In this document: in pieces, positions 27,014 through 34,643 of the stretch
Layout of the letters: the number at the start of each line of letters is the position of its first letter
How positions within the stretch are numbered: position 1 is the first letter of the stretch
DNA from: a virus
Lineage: Duplodnaviria; Caudoviricetes
Reading direction: 5' to 3' (one strand)
Virus record (IMG/VR): IMGVR_UViG_3300033067_001151
Location: 1 to 38,874 of that record
Length of the DNA stretch: 38,874 nt
The notes under the pieces: model-generated
What the model was told of the DNA's origin: nothing
The model's input: only the letters and a program-made list of their open reading frames with translations
Database searches by the model: none
Made by a program: the position numbers and the translations under genes

Positions 27014-28012
27014 ATGACACCTATTATTGATTCATTCACCTCTTATTTTGATCGTACCAAACTTATTACTGGGGCAGCTACCTTAAGTGCCGATACGGAT
27101 TGGCAACCTATAAAATTACCAAAAGACTGCTCATTAGTGTATGCAGTTGCAGTTGGAGGGGGTGGAGGAGGTGGAGGCGGAAGAGGGTCGTTGGCGGGTA
27201 CTGCTGCATCGGGCGGAGGAGGTGGTGCAGCCGGTGGTGCAATGTACGGTTTGTTTGCAAGAGCAATGTTGCCAGATGTTATTTATGGATTGTGTGGCAA
27301 AGGCGGTGTAGGCGGGGCTGGAAACACCGGAGCCAACGGATCTAATGGTAGTACTGGAGAATCGACATATTTATCTATGTTCCCAGCGTCTATTGGAGCA
27401 CTGCTAGCTGGAAACGGTGGTACAGGCGGCACTGGAGGAACAACTGCATCAGGAACTGGAGGCACATCTATTACAATGACACCATTAGGAGGAAGTTTTC
27501 CAACGAACTTTAACTTAATACCTGGTGCATCTAGTGCAAATGTCACAAATCCAAGTTGGGCAGGAATTGCGGGAAACACTACAAATGGTGGGTCACTAAG
27601 CTTAGAAACCATTTATACAGCGAATTACCATAATTTTGCGACAGGCGGTTGTGGCGGAGGCGGGTCAAGCGCCGCTAACACCCCTGGGACAGGTGGTGCT
27701 TTTACATCATCTTCCAGTGGTATTTTTAAAAACTATGTAACGGCTGTTGCACCAGCCACAGGTGGTAACGGTTCTGGTGGTAAAAATATTACTATTAATA
27801 GAGGTGAATCGGCTAATTACCCAGCTTTATCAACAGGCGGAGCTGGTGGCGGAGGCAATGCTGGGGCTAGTACTGTAGGCGGTATTGGAGGAAATGGAGG
27901 GTACGGAGCTGGTGGCGGAGGTGGAGGAGGGGCTAACGGATCTACCGGGACGGCTACTGGAGGCTTAGGAGGTGATGGTGGTAACGGATTTATTATGTTA
28001 ATTTTTATCTAA
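27014..28012 (+). CDS. Glycine-rich fibre/receptor-binding-type protein
   Basis: AVGGGGGGGGG, GGGGGAAGG and C-terminal GGDGGNGFIMLI of the phage glycine-rich domain. Confidence 0.75.
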   Translation: MTPIIDSFTSYFDRTKLITGAATLSADTDWQPIKLPKDCSLVYAVAVGGGGGGGGGRGSLAGTAASGGGGGAAGGAMYGLFARAMLPDVIYGLCGKGGVGGAGNTGANGSNGSTGESTYLSMFPASIGALLAGNGGTGGTGGTTASGTGGTSITMTPLGGSFPTNFNLIPGASSANVTNPSWAGIAGNTTNGGSLSLETIYTANYHNFATGGCGGGGSSAANTPGTGGAFTSSSSGIFKNYVTAVAPATGGNGSGGKNITINRGESANYPALSTGGAGGGGNAGASTVGGIGGNGGYGAGGGGGGGANGSTGTATGGLGGDGGNGFIMLIFI

Positions 28013-28022
28013 AAGGTATATT

Positions 28023-28277
28023 ATGCGTAAAGATGAACTAAGAGAAATGCTGATAGCAATTGAAGTATCTCTTGGTAAGATTGATGTGCATATGCAAGAT
28101 ATAAAACAAGATATAAAAGACCTAAAAGATAAAGAACATGAAAATGAAAAACGTATTAAAGAACTTGAAGAGTTTAAATCAAAAGCTGTAGGGGCAACAA
28201 CCATCCTAGTCCCTTTTATAGCGTTTATAGCGGCAATTGGGCACGATATAATCAAAAAATTCATGGGATGGGGTTAG
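28023..28277 (+). CDS. Coiled-coil plus C-terminal TM protein (holin/XhlA-like)
   Basis: Heptads ending RIKELE followed by one hydrophobic helix. Confidence 0.55.
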   Translation: MRKDELREMLIAIEVSLGKIDVHMQDIKQDIKDLKDKEHENEKRIKELEEFKSKAVGATTILVPFIAFIAAIGHDIIKKFMGWG

Positions 28278-28286
28278 GAGTTAAAA

Positions 28287-28376
28287 ATGATTAAGAAAAT
28301 AATAGAAGTAATCAAAGGTAGATTAAAAGAAAGAGTTGCAAAACTTAAATTAAAAATAATCGACCTTTTAAAATAG
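28287..28376 (+). CDS. 29-aa cationic amphipathic peptide
   Basis: AGGAG SD; MIKKIIEVIKGRLKERVAKLKLKIIDLLK; fills the intergenic gap. Confidence 0.6.
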   Translation: MIKKIIEVIKGRLKERVAKLKLKIIDLLK

Positions 28377-28383
28377 GTATCAC

Positions 28384-29073
28384 ATGGGTCAACCTGTATC
28401 AGCACAAACGCCTTACGGCTCTAATGTATCATACGTAGATAATACGGATTTTACTGGTACATCTAGTGGAACTAATACAGGTGACCAATTAACTTTCAAA
28501 ACCATTGCAGTTAGCGGGCAATCAGATATAGTTGCGGATACAACCACAGATACACTAACAATAGCTGCTGGAACAAATATAACTTTAACTACAAATGCTA
28601 CAACAGACACATTAACTATCTCTGCCTCTGGCGGGGCGGCACTTAGTGACGGGGATTATGGTGACATTGTAGTATCTGGTACAGGGTCTGTATTTACAAT
28701 AGACACAGGTGTTGTTACAACAACTAAACTTGGTGGTGATATCACTACGGCGGGTAAGGCGCTATTAGATGATGCTACGGCTGCCGACCAAAGAACCACT
28801 TTAGGATTAGGGACGCTAGCTACACAGTCAGGAACATTCTCAGGAACTTCTTCAGGAACTAATACTGGAGATCAATTAGTATTTAAAACAATAGCTGTTT
28901 CTGGACAATCTGATGTTGTTGCGGATACGGCTACGGACACTTTAACATTAGCAGCCGGAACCGGAATTACAATTACTACTGACGCAACTACAGATACAAT
29001 TACAATAACAAATTCAAGCACTTCTTCGTATGGGTACGGGCAAGTTGCAGCACAACGATTTACAATGTATTAG
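28384..29073 (+). CDS. Thr-rich fibre-like protein with an internal duplication
   Basis: Two ~58-aa copies of F.GTSSGTNTGDQL.FKTIAVSGQSD.VADT.TDTLT.AAGT. Confidence 0.75.
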   Translation: MGQPVSAQTPYGSNVSYVDNTDFTGTSSGTNTGDQLTFKTIAVSGQSDIVADTTTDTLTIAAGTNITLTTNATTDTLTISASGGAALSDGDYGDIVVSGTGSVFTIDTGVVTTTKLGGDITTAGKALLDDATAADQRTTLGLGTLATQSGTFSGTSSGTNTGDQLVFKTIAVSGQSDVVADTATDTLTLAAGTGITITTDATTDTITITNSSTSSYGYGQVAAQRFTMY

Positions 29074-29081
29074 AGGATAAT

Positions 29082-29525
29082 ATGCCAATCATAGGATTAT
29101 TAACATCAGTATTTAGTTTAATAGGCTCGGGGGTTCAAGGATTCTTCGGGATTAAACAATCTCAACTTCAAAACATAGATAAAGTTATAGAGACAATTAA
29201 TCAGTCTAATATATCTTCTGGAGAGAAAGAAAAATCAATTGCTGCTGTAATAGCCGCTGAAACATCAAATGGATATTGGTTAAGTGCCGTATGGCGACCT
29301 TTATTTATGTTATTCCTTTGTGTTGTTGTTGGAGCTTATGTTTTAGGTTACACTACCCCTAATTTACTTGTACCCATGCCACAAGGCTCTATGATGTCTG
29401 AGCTATTTGAATTACTTAAGGTTGGTATAATGGGGTATATGCCTTTAAGGACTGTAGATAAAATAGTTGAAGCTGTTGCTAGAGCCAATGTCCTTAAATC
29501 ATTAGTAGATAGAATAGGTAAATAA
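29082..29525 (+). CDS. Holin, GTA 3TM-like family
   Basis: AE....WL...WRP..M and GY...RT.DK motifs with hydrophobic helices. Confidence 0.75.
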   Translation: MPIIGLLTSVFSLIGSGVQGFFGIKQSQLQNIDKVIETINQSNISSGEKEKSIAAVIAAETSNGYWLSAVWRPLFMLFLCVVVGAYVLGYTTPNLLVPMPQGSMMSELFELLKVGIMGYMPLRTVDKIVEAVARANVLKSLVDRIGK

Positions 29526-29526
29526 C

Positions 29527-30366
29527 CTATTTATTTAACTCTCTAATTCTCTTATAAGATGCCAATGAACTTGTAATGTACGGATATAGGTTAACTAAGA
29601 CTGTAGTATTGCTTACAAGTAGGTCAAAAGTCGTTACACCCCCAATTAACACCTTAAAATCGATAATTCCTTGCATATAAAGCGGTATTAAAACAAAGAA
29701 TGGTATTGCGACGCCAAAAAGCATCTTTATAGAAGCAAACGTTCTGAAGGCTGTCATAACACCTAAACACTTCAAAGTCGTGCTGTACACGTAACTATAG
29801 AGGTCAATTATTTTTGATTGGCTTCTATTTTCAATAACATCCCTAATATCACCCCTAAAAGTCTGTTCTGAAGCTTGAATATTATACTGAGTACTTACTA
29901 ACGGCTTATTAAAGATAAAAGCTAATAAAGTAACTAAACACGTATAGCCGACAGTATACCAAAATAGGGATGGATGAACTTGTCCTATTAATCCTATTAC
30001 GGCAAATAGTGCAATGGTAACATCTAATACTACACTAAACATTGAGTCTACAAAGTTTTTAACGTCACAAGCAACTCGCCCACAAGCATTCTCTTGTAAG
30101 CACACTGGTTTTGATGTTATTTTATTTATTAGCCACAATCGTATCTCTAATCCCATTAATCCTACGATAAAAGGTCTTATGCTATCTATTGTGTAATATG
30201 TAAATAAAGCCCCCATAAATACAGCGAATGCATGTGTATATTCTGGGGATTTTTCTATTAGGTCATTATAGAACCCGCCTCTCATATCTGGTATTACTAT
30301 TTGTATCCAAATTGATACACCAACTACAAGTAATAAGCCTAAGCTTAAAGAGATCTTTTTTACCAT
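29527..30366 (-). CDS. SbmA/BacA/YddA-like ABC transmembrane domain without ATPase
   Basis: FYNDL, IR.WL, N...RVA.DV..F, Q..E..FR, P.Y..G.I.F..L, ASY.RI.E motifs; several TM helices; no Walker motifs. Confidence 0.7.
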   Translation of the reverse strand: MVKKISLSLGLLLVVGVSIWIQIVIPDMRGGFYNDLIEKSPEYTHAFAVFMGALFTYYTIDSIRPFIVGLMGLEIRLWLINKITSKPVCLQENACGRVACDVKNFVDSMFSVVLDVTIALFAVIGLIGQVHPSLFWYTVGYTCLVTLLAFIFNKPLVSTQYNIQASEQTFRGDIRDVIENRSQSKIIDLYSYVYSTTLKCLGVMTAFRTFASIKMLFGVAIPFFVLIPLYMQGIIDFKVLIGGVTTFDLLVSNTTVLVNLYPYITSSLASYKRIRELNK

Positions 30367-30698
30367 TGATTATAATCCTGCTCATTCCAGTATTTATTAT
30401 TCGGCTTTTTTTCTTCTTTTAGCTTTACTAGCTCTACTGCCATAGCCAAGCTACATAAAGCATGTTCTAAATGCAATAAGCCAGACTCAGGGTCTTTTTC
30501 TTCTTTCATTGCTAACTTAAGTAAATGTCGTTTAGTCGCCTCTATATACTGGTCTGGTGTAGTGTGCTCCAGCCACCCCCAAGGAGAGTTATATTTATTG
30601 TTTCCAAACTCCCTAACCTTAGCTATTGATGCATAAGCCCTAGGCGGCACTAAGTTAAGCGGTAGCTTACCTTTTGTATCTTTATGTCCTTTTGTCAT
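30360..30698 (-). CDS. DUF5664 (dATP/dGTP diphosphohydrolase-like) protein
   Basis: K...GK....LVP, FG..KY, RHL, DPESGL.HL.HA motifs. Confidence 0.85.
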   Translation of the reverse strand: MTKGHKDTKGKLPLNLVPPRAYASIAKVREFGNNKYNSPWGWLEHTTPDQYIEATKRHLLKLAMKEEKDPESGLLHLEHALCSLAMAVELVKLKEEKKPNNKYWNEQDYNQW

Positions 30699-30889
30699 TA
30701 TTCCCCCACATCATTTATTTCATTATAATATTCTTCTTCTGTAATATATGGTATGTTGTGTTCAGTGAATATATGACTATATTCTTTTCTTATTATACAC
30801 ACGTCTAATAAACCAACAAAACCTACATGATCCCCGGATACTTTGTCATATATGAAAGAATCTTCTAGTAAAAAAAGATCTTTTAACAT
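30698..30889 (-). CDS. Hypothetical protein
   Basis: 63-aa ORF; TAATG overlap with the next gene. Confidence 0.65.
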   Translation of the reverse strand: MLKDLFLLEDSFIYDKVSGDHVGFVGLLDVCIIRKEYSHIFTEHNIPYITEEEYYNEINDVGE

Positions 30890-30896
30890 TATAAAC

Positions 30897-30971
30897 CTAC
30901 AATAATGCGATTAAAATTAATACGGCTATTGTAACTATTAATCCAGTAACTATTTGTACTAAATGTTCCAT
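30897..30971 (-). CDS. 24-aa single-TM peptide MEHLVQIVTGLIVTIAVLILIALL
   Basis: GGAGGGG SD; fills the gap between dUTPase and the next ORF. Confidence 0.55.
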   Translation of the reverse strand: MEHLVQIVTGLIVTIAVLILIALL

Positions 30972-30979
30972 ATCCCCTC

Positions 30980-31435
30980 CTATTTTGTTGTACTTCCAAA
31001 TCCACCTGTACCTCTACTAGTATCATCTAGTTCTTGTACAATGTCAAGATTTATTTTTTCTACTTTTTGTATTATTAGTTGAACAACTCTAGTACCGCCT
31101 ACCAGATGAACCCCAAACGGAACTTGAAGTAATACACATAATTCGCCCCTATAGTCGCTATCTATTGTTGCCGGTGCATTAGGTATTGTAACACCTTTTT
31201 GAGCCCAACTACTTCTCATACGTAATTGCCCTTCGTAACCTTCTGGTATAGCCAATGCAAATCCTAGACGTATTTTGTAAACACTATATCCTTGTTTGAT
31301 ACAAGTTTGCTCCGCCGTATCCATAAAGTTATTAGGCAGTGTTATATCATATCCACTACTTCCAACTGTACCTTGTGTTGGAAGAAATGAGTCTTCCCTT
31401 AGTTTTTTTATTTTAATTTTTATTTCGTTAGTCAT
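30980..31435 (-). CDS. dut: Trimeric dUTPase
   Basis: SGYD, RSS, TIDSDYRGE, R.VQL and RGTGGFGST motifs I-V. Confidence 0.95.
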   Translation of the reverse strand: MTNEIKIKIKKLREDSFLPTQGTVGSSGYDITLPNNFMDTAEQTCIKQGYSVYKIRLGFALAIPEGYEGQLRMRSSWAQKGVTIPNAPATIDSDYRGELCVLLQVPFGVHLVGGTRVVQLIIQKVEKINLDIVQELDDTSRGTGGFGSTTK

Positions 31436-32127
31436 TATAATACCTCTATATCACAATCATAATCACATCCTGGGCTATTATCAGCAGCAGCCGTTACGGC
31501 AGCCTCTAATATATCCTCGGCATCCATATCTAAGTAAGTGTAGATAGGCTCAATAGATACGCATTCTTTTCCACCTATCATTGTTTTTGGTAGAGTATCT
31601 ACTGGCTTATAGAAATTAAGTTTCTTACAGAATTGTAATATTGCTAAAGCAAAACTTCCTCCGCAGCCATGGGCATAGTCCAATGGAACTCTATCTAGAG
31701 TAATCATGTCAGCTGTTAGCTCCATTTCAAACACAAACCTTTCTTTCTTACTTTTGACCCCAATTAATACTACGGCATGTAAGTCGTCGGATTCTTTTAA
31801 GTTACGGCTTACTAATCGGCGTTCTTTAGCATCTACATATCCTTTGTGCCTTAAGTCCCCGATAATAGCAGGGAGCAGTTTGTCATATACATATTTCTCT
31901 ACACTTTGTTTACCTTCATACACAGGTATTTTACTCCTATGTATTATTTCAAATATAAGAGAAGCGCTACCTGTACCAGACATTAATATGCCGTTACGTT
32001 TAACAACCTTTTTAGTTGGAGTCGAGGCAGCTTTGCCCCAACCCCAAGAGATTCTCCTATCGGCAGCAAAGTATAGCTTTTTACCTAGCTCCATTGTTAC
32101 AAGTACTGTACCAGATTTTATAGCCAT
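31435..32127 (-). CDS. HslV/proteasome-beta-like Ntn threonine protease
   Basis: MAIKSG|T propeptide junction; from Thr1: Asp17 (AAD), Lys33/34, Gly47; GCG in place of the GSG motif. Confidence 0.75.
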   Translation of the reverse strand: MAIKSGTVLVTMELGKKLYFAADRRISWGWGKAASTPTKKVVKRNGILMSGTGSASLIFEIIHRSKIPVYEGKQSVEKYVYDKLLPAIIGDLRHKGYVDAKERRLVSRNLKESDDLHAVVLIGVKSKKERFVFEMELTADMITLDRVPLDYAHGCGGSFALAILQFCKKLNFYKPVDTLPKTMIGGKECVSIEPIYTYLDMDAEDILEAAVTAAADNSPGCDYDCDIEVL

Positions 32128-32137
32128 AGTTTACTCC

Positions 32138-32905
32138 CTATTGTTTATTATACAGCTCTGCAATACCTAAGTCAATCAATTGTTGACCAGTAAATACAAC
32201 ATCTTCTTTAAAATCCGCAAAGATTTCTTTTTTAACATAAGTATAAGTATATTTAGGGTCTACTTTCTTCAAGTGGTCAGATACAGTTTGTACCATTTCG
32301 GCATTACCTGCTTTTACCATTGAAAGCATAGTGTGTAGTGTTTGTCTCAATCCGTTAAGTCCAGAGCCTTCCATAATAACCTTAGCAACTTCAATAGCTT
32401 TAATCTCTTCAAGTGTTAAGTCTGCTGGAGGAGCTTTACCTGTCATCAAATCTTTAATTATGGACTCTAGTCTACCTTTCTCTAATTGTACTACGGCATT
32501 CTCGATTGTTATCTCAGTTAAAGCATATGTACCAAAGTGACCGCCGTGGAATAAAATCCTAGCATTTGGTGTTACGTATCGGTGCTCTCCCAAAATAAAA
32601 GATACAGCCCCTGCGCTAGCAGCTTCGCTGGTGACCAATGTATCTACTGGAACTTTAGAACTAGCCACAATAGATTCTATTTGAGCCATAGTTTTTCCAG
32701 AACCTCCTGGGCTATCTATCACCAACAGGATTCTTTCGTCTTTGGTTACTACATAATTGAACAAATCAAAATCGGCTTTTAAATGTTCGGCAGTAGATTG
32801 GTCTACATCTCCTAATATTTCTGTAACGTTATCGTTAGCGGCACATGAGGTCAATATCACAAGAGATATAATTCCAGTTGCCAGTAATAATAAAAAGTTT
32901 TTCAT
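32138..32905 (-). CDS. ClpP-family serine protease with a lipoprotein signal peptide
   Basis: Lipobox LTSC at residue 21; IDSPGGS, AASAG (Ser), ILFH (His), EDVVFT....DLGIAE (Asp). Confidence 0.8.
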   Translation of the reverse strand: MKNFLLLLATGIISLVILTSCAANDNVTEILGDVDQSTAEHLKADFDLFNYVVTKDERILLVIDSPGGSGKTMAQIESIVASSKVPVDTLVTSEAASAGAVSFILGEHRYVTPNARILFHGGHFGTYALTEITIENAVVQLEKGRLESIIKDLMTGKAPPADLTLEEIKAIEVAKVIMEGSGLNGLRQTLHTMLSMVKAGNAEMVQTVSDHLKKVDPKYTYTYVKKEIFADFKEDVVFTGQQLIDLGIAELYNKQ

Positions 32906-32913
32906 GTTTTCTC

Positions 32914-33690
32914 CTAAGTTAATTTAATTGGGTCTTCTTGGTTAATTGGGTGCTTACCTGCATATCCTTTATGCTCTGTACAAGCATACATTTGGTATTT
33001 AGTTCCACCACTTATTCTTGTTCCGTTTTTAATTATAGCCGTACTACCACATGTTGTACATGATATGCAGCCGTTAAACACAGACTTATTGAATTTTGGA
33101 GTACAATATGGCATTAATCTGTAGTATAGCTCTCTTGTATCCTCTACATCTTTTCCACCGTATTTGCACATTCTATCAAAAGCTTTTTGACCTTTGATAG
33201 GATCTCTTTCTAGAATGCTAATCCAGTCATCTAAATCCATTTTAAGTTTACCGCCTAATCCCAGCTCATTAGATATATAATCTAAGCTGTGACTTGGTAG
33301 GTAGAAATGCCGTCTCATCTGTGACTCTAAATCATCAGTGGTGCCAACAAGCTTTTTAAGTATAGGAAGACCGTGAAACATCATCTGAGCATTGATGTGT
33401 TTATCATCAAACCTCTTGTTGTTTTTCCCTATAACTATATCGGCTTCATTAACAACTTTCATGAACTCCATTAGCATCTTTTTTTGACACTGTGTTTTAA
33501 AGTCGAATTTTAGGACCGTCGCTTTCTTTTTGTCGTTCCAACAATACTGAATGGTCATTATTTTATATCTAGAATAATCTTTCACTAACTGTTGATGGCG
33601 TACGACTTGCTTACCTAAGCCCCATACATAGGCTTTAAGTGGCAATGTCTCAATATCGTAGAATAGTATTCTTGGTTTTTTGATGGTCAC
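32914..33690 (-). CDS. RNase H-like (YprB/DEDD-type) exonuclease with C-terminal Zn ribbon
   Basis: ILFYDIET, N.KRFD, SLDY, Y...DV; CTTCGS...YAC..H. Confidence 0.85.
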   Translation of the reverse strand: MTIKKPRILFYDIETLPLKAYVWGLGKQVVRHQQLVKDYSRYKIMTIQYCWNDKKKATVLKFDFKTQCQKKMLMEFMKVVNEADIVIGKNNKRFDDKHINAQMMFHGLPILKKLVGTTDDLESQMRRHFYLPSHSLDYISNELGLGGKLKMDLDDWISILERDPIKGQKAFDRMCKYGGKDVEDTRELYYRLMPYCTPKFNKSVFNGCISCTTCGSTAIIKNGTRISGGTKYQMYACTEHKGYAGKHPINQEDPIKLT

Positions 33691-33692
33691 TT

Positions 33693-33944
33693 TTACCTCT
33701 TATGAAAAAGATTAATTACACCTGCGCATATTCCAGCTATACAGCCTACGCATATCATGTAGGGAATTATTATACTTAGATCCCCCATACGGCATCCATA
33801 ATATATAAATGCTACGGTTTTTACTGGGTGAACTATTGGGTATAAATTTGGGTTTGATACATACTCTAATCCAAACATAAATAATAAAGCAGACAGAATA
33901 AGTATGGTAAAAATAATAATTGTATCTCTTAATACATGTCTCAT
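33693..33944 (-). CDS. Hypothetical membrane protein
   Basis: 83 aa with two to three hydrophobic segments; GGGGGG SD. Confidence 0.65.
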   Translation of the reverse strand: MRHVLRDTIIIFTILILSALLFMFGLEYVSNPNLYPIVHPVKTVAFIYYGCRMGDLSIIIPYMICVGCIAGICAGVINLFHKR

Positions 33945-34120
33945 AGTCGTGTAGACCCCCCTGTAGCTTGTAAGTACTCCAGCAGTTTCTGCTTTCTATT
34001 CTGCACTTCTTTTTCTACATTATTAAGTTTAATTAATTCATCTAGTAATTCCGCATGAATTTCTTTAATAGCATTTGTAGACCTTTCAATCTGTTCAAAT
34101 GTTTCTTTATTCTTTTTCAT
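33941..34120 (-). CDS. 59-aa coiled-coil protein (MKKNKETFEQ...)
   Basis: Hand-translated; AGGAG SD embedded in the HNH 3' end; ATGA overlap downstream. Confidence 0.7.
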   Translation of the reverse strand: MKKNKETFEQIERSTNAIKEIHAELLDELIKLNNVEKEVQNRKQKLLEYLQATGGSTRL

Positions 34121-34121
34121 T

Positions 34122-34643
34122 TTAGTACTCCTGATTACTTAAGTCTACCACATACGGCTTCAAATTACAACTGTTATTTTTGCTTCTGTGATAATGTTCT
34201 CGTTTCTTTCTTTTTATTTCCTCGTTATTCAATAGCCTATATTTGTTTACAGACTGTAGAATTCTTTTTCTATTCTTTAAATAATACTGCTGTGCATAAT
34301 CAGCAGCTTTAGGGGGTCTTTTAGGAACTAAGCCAGTTTTATAAGCGTGTTTAATGTTCTCCCCTCGTGTTACCAGTTCTAAATTGCCCAAAGAGTTATT
34401 TCTTTTATTACCGTCCCTATGATTTACACACAAAGTATGTCCTTGCCAAAAATACTCGGCAATTATTTTGTGGATTCTTTTTTGATAGTTTTTTCCGTTT
34501 TTCCTTAATTGAACCCTTAAATACCCATATTTATCTATATAAATAGATAGCTGCCGTTTAGTATTAGTGTTAGTAACTTCAGTTACCCCTGTTTGCAGGT
34601 CATAACCAACCGTATATTTATTTAAGATATCCCACTTTATCAT
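34122..34643 (-). mobile_element. Free-standing HNH homing endonuclease gene
   Basis: GYL.V.L, IH..IAE.F, VNHRDGNKRNN...NLE.VT..EN..HA; ATG overlaps the helicase stop (TAATG). Confidence 0.88.

Noticed and set aside
25852-29073. Diversity-generating retroelement, given BPP-1-like virion genes
   Set aside because: No reverse transcriptase and no TR/VR pair; the repeats in 28384-29073 are in-frame and their differences are not adenine-specific
30360-30698. 2-aminoadenine (Z-genome) pathway suggested by DUF5664
   Set aside because: No PurZ/adenylosuccinate-synthetase-like or HD-domain dATPase gene recognised; DUF5664 alone is common in phages
32138-32905. Prohead maturation protease
   Set aside because: It is on the opposite strand far from the head genes, has a lipoprotein signal, and a separate scaffold gene is present
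34122-34643. Group I intron or intein carrying the HNH
   Set aside because: The helicase ORF has its own complete end and stop, and there is no non-coding space for an intron core
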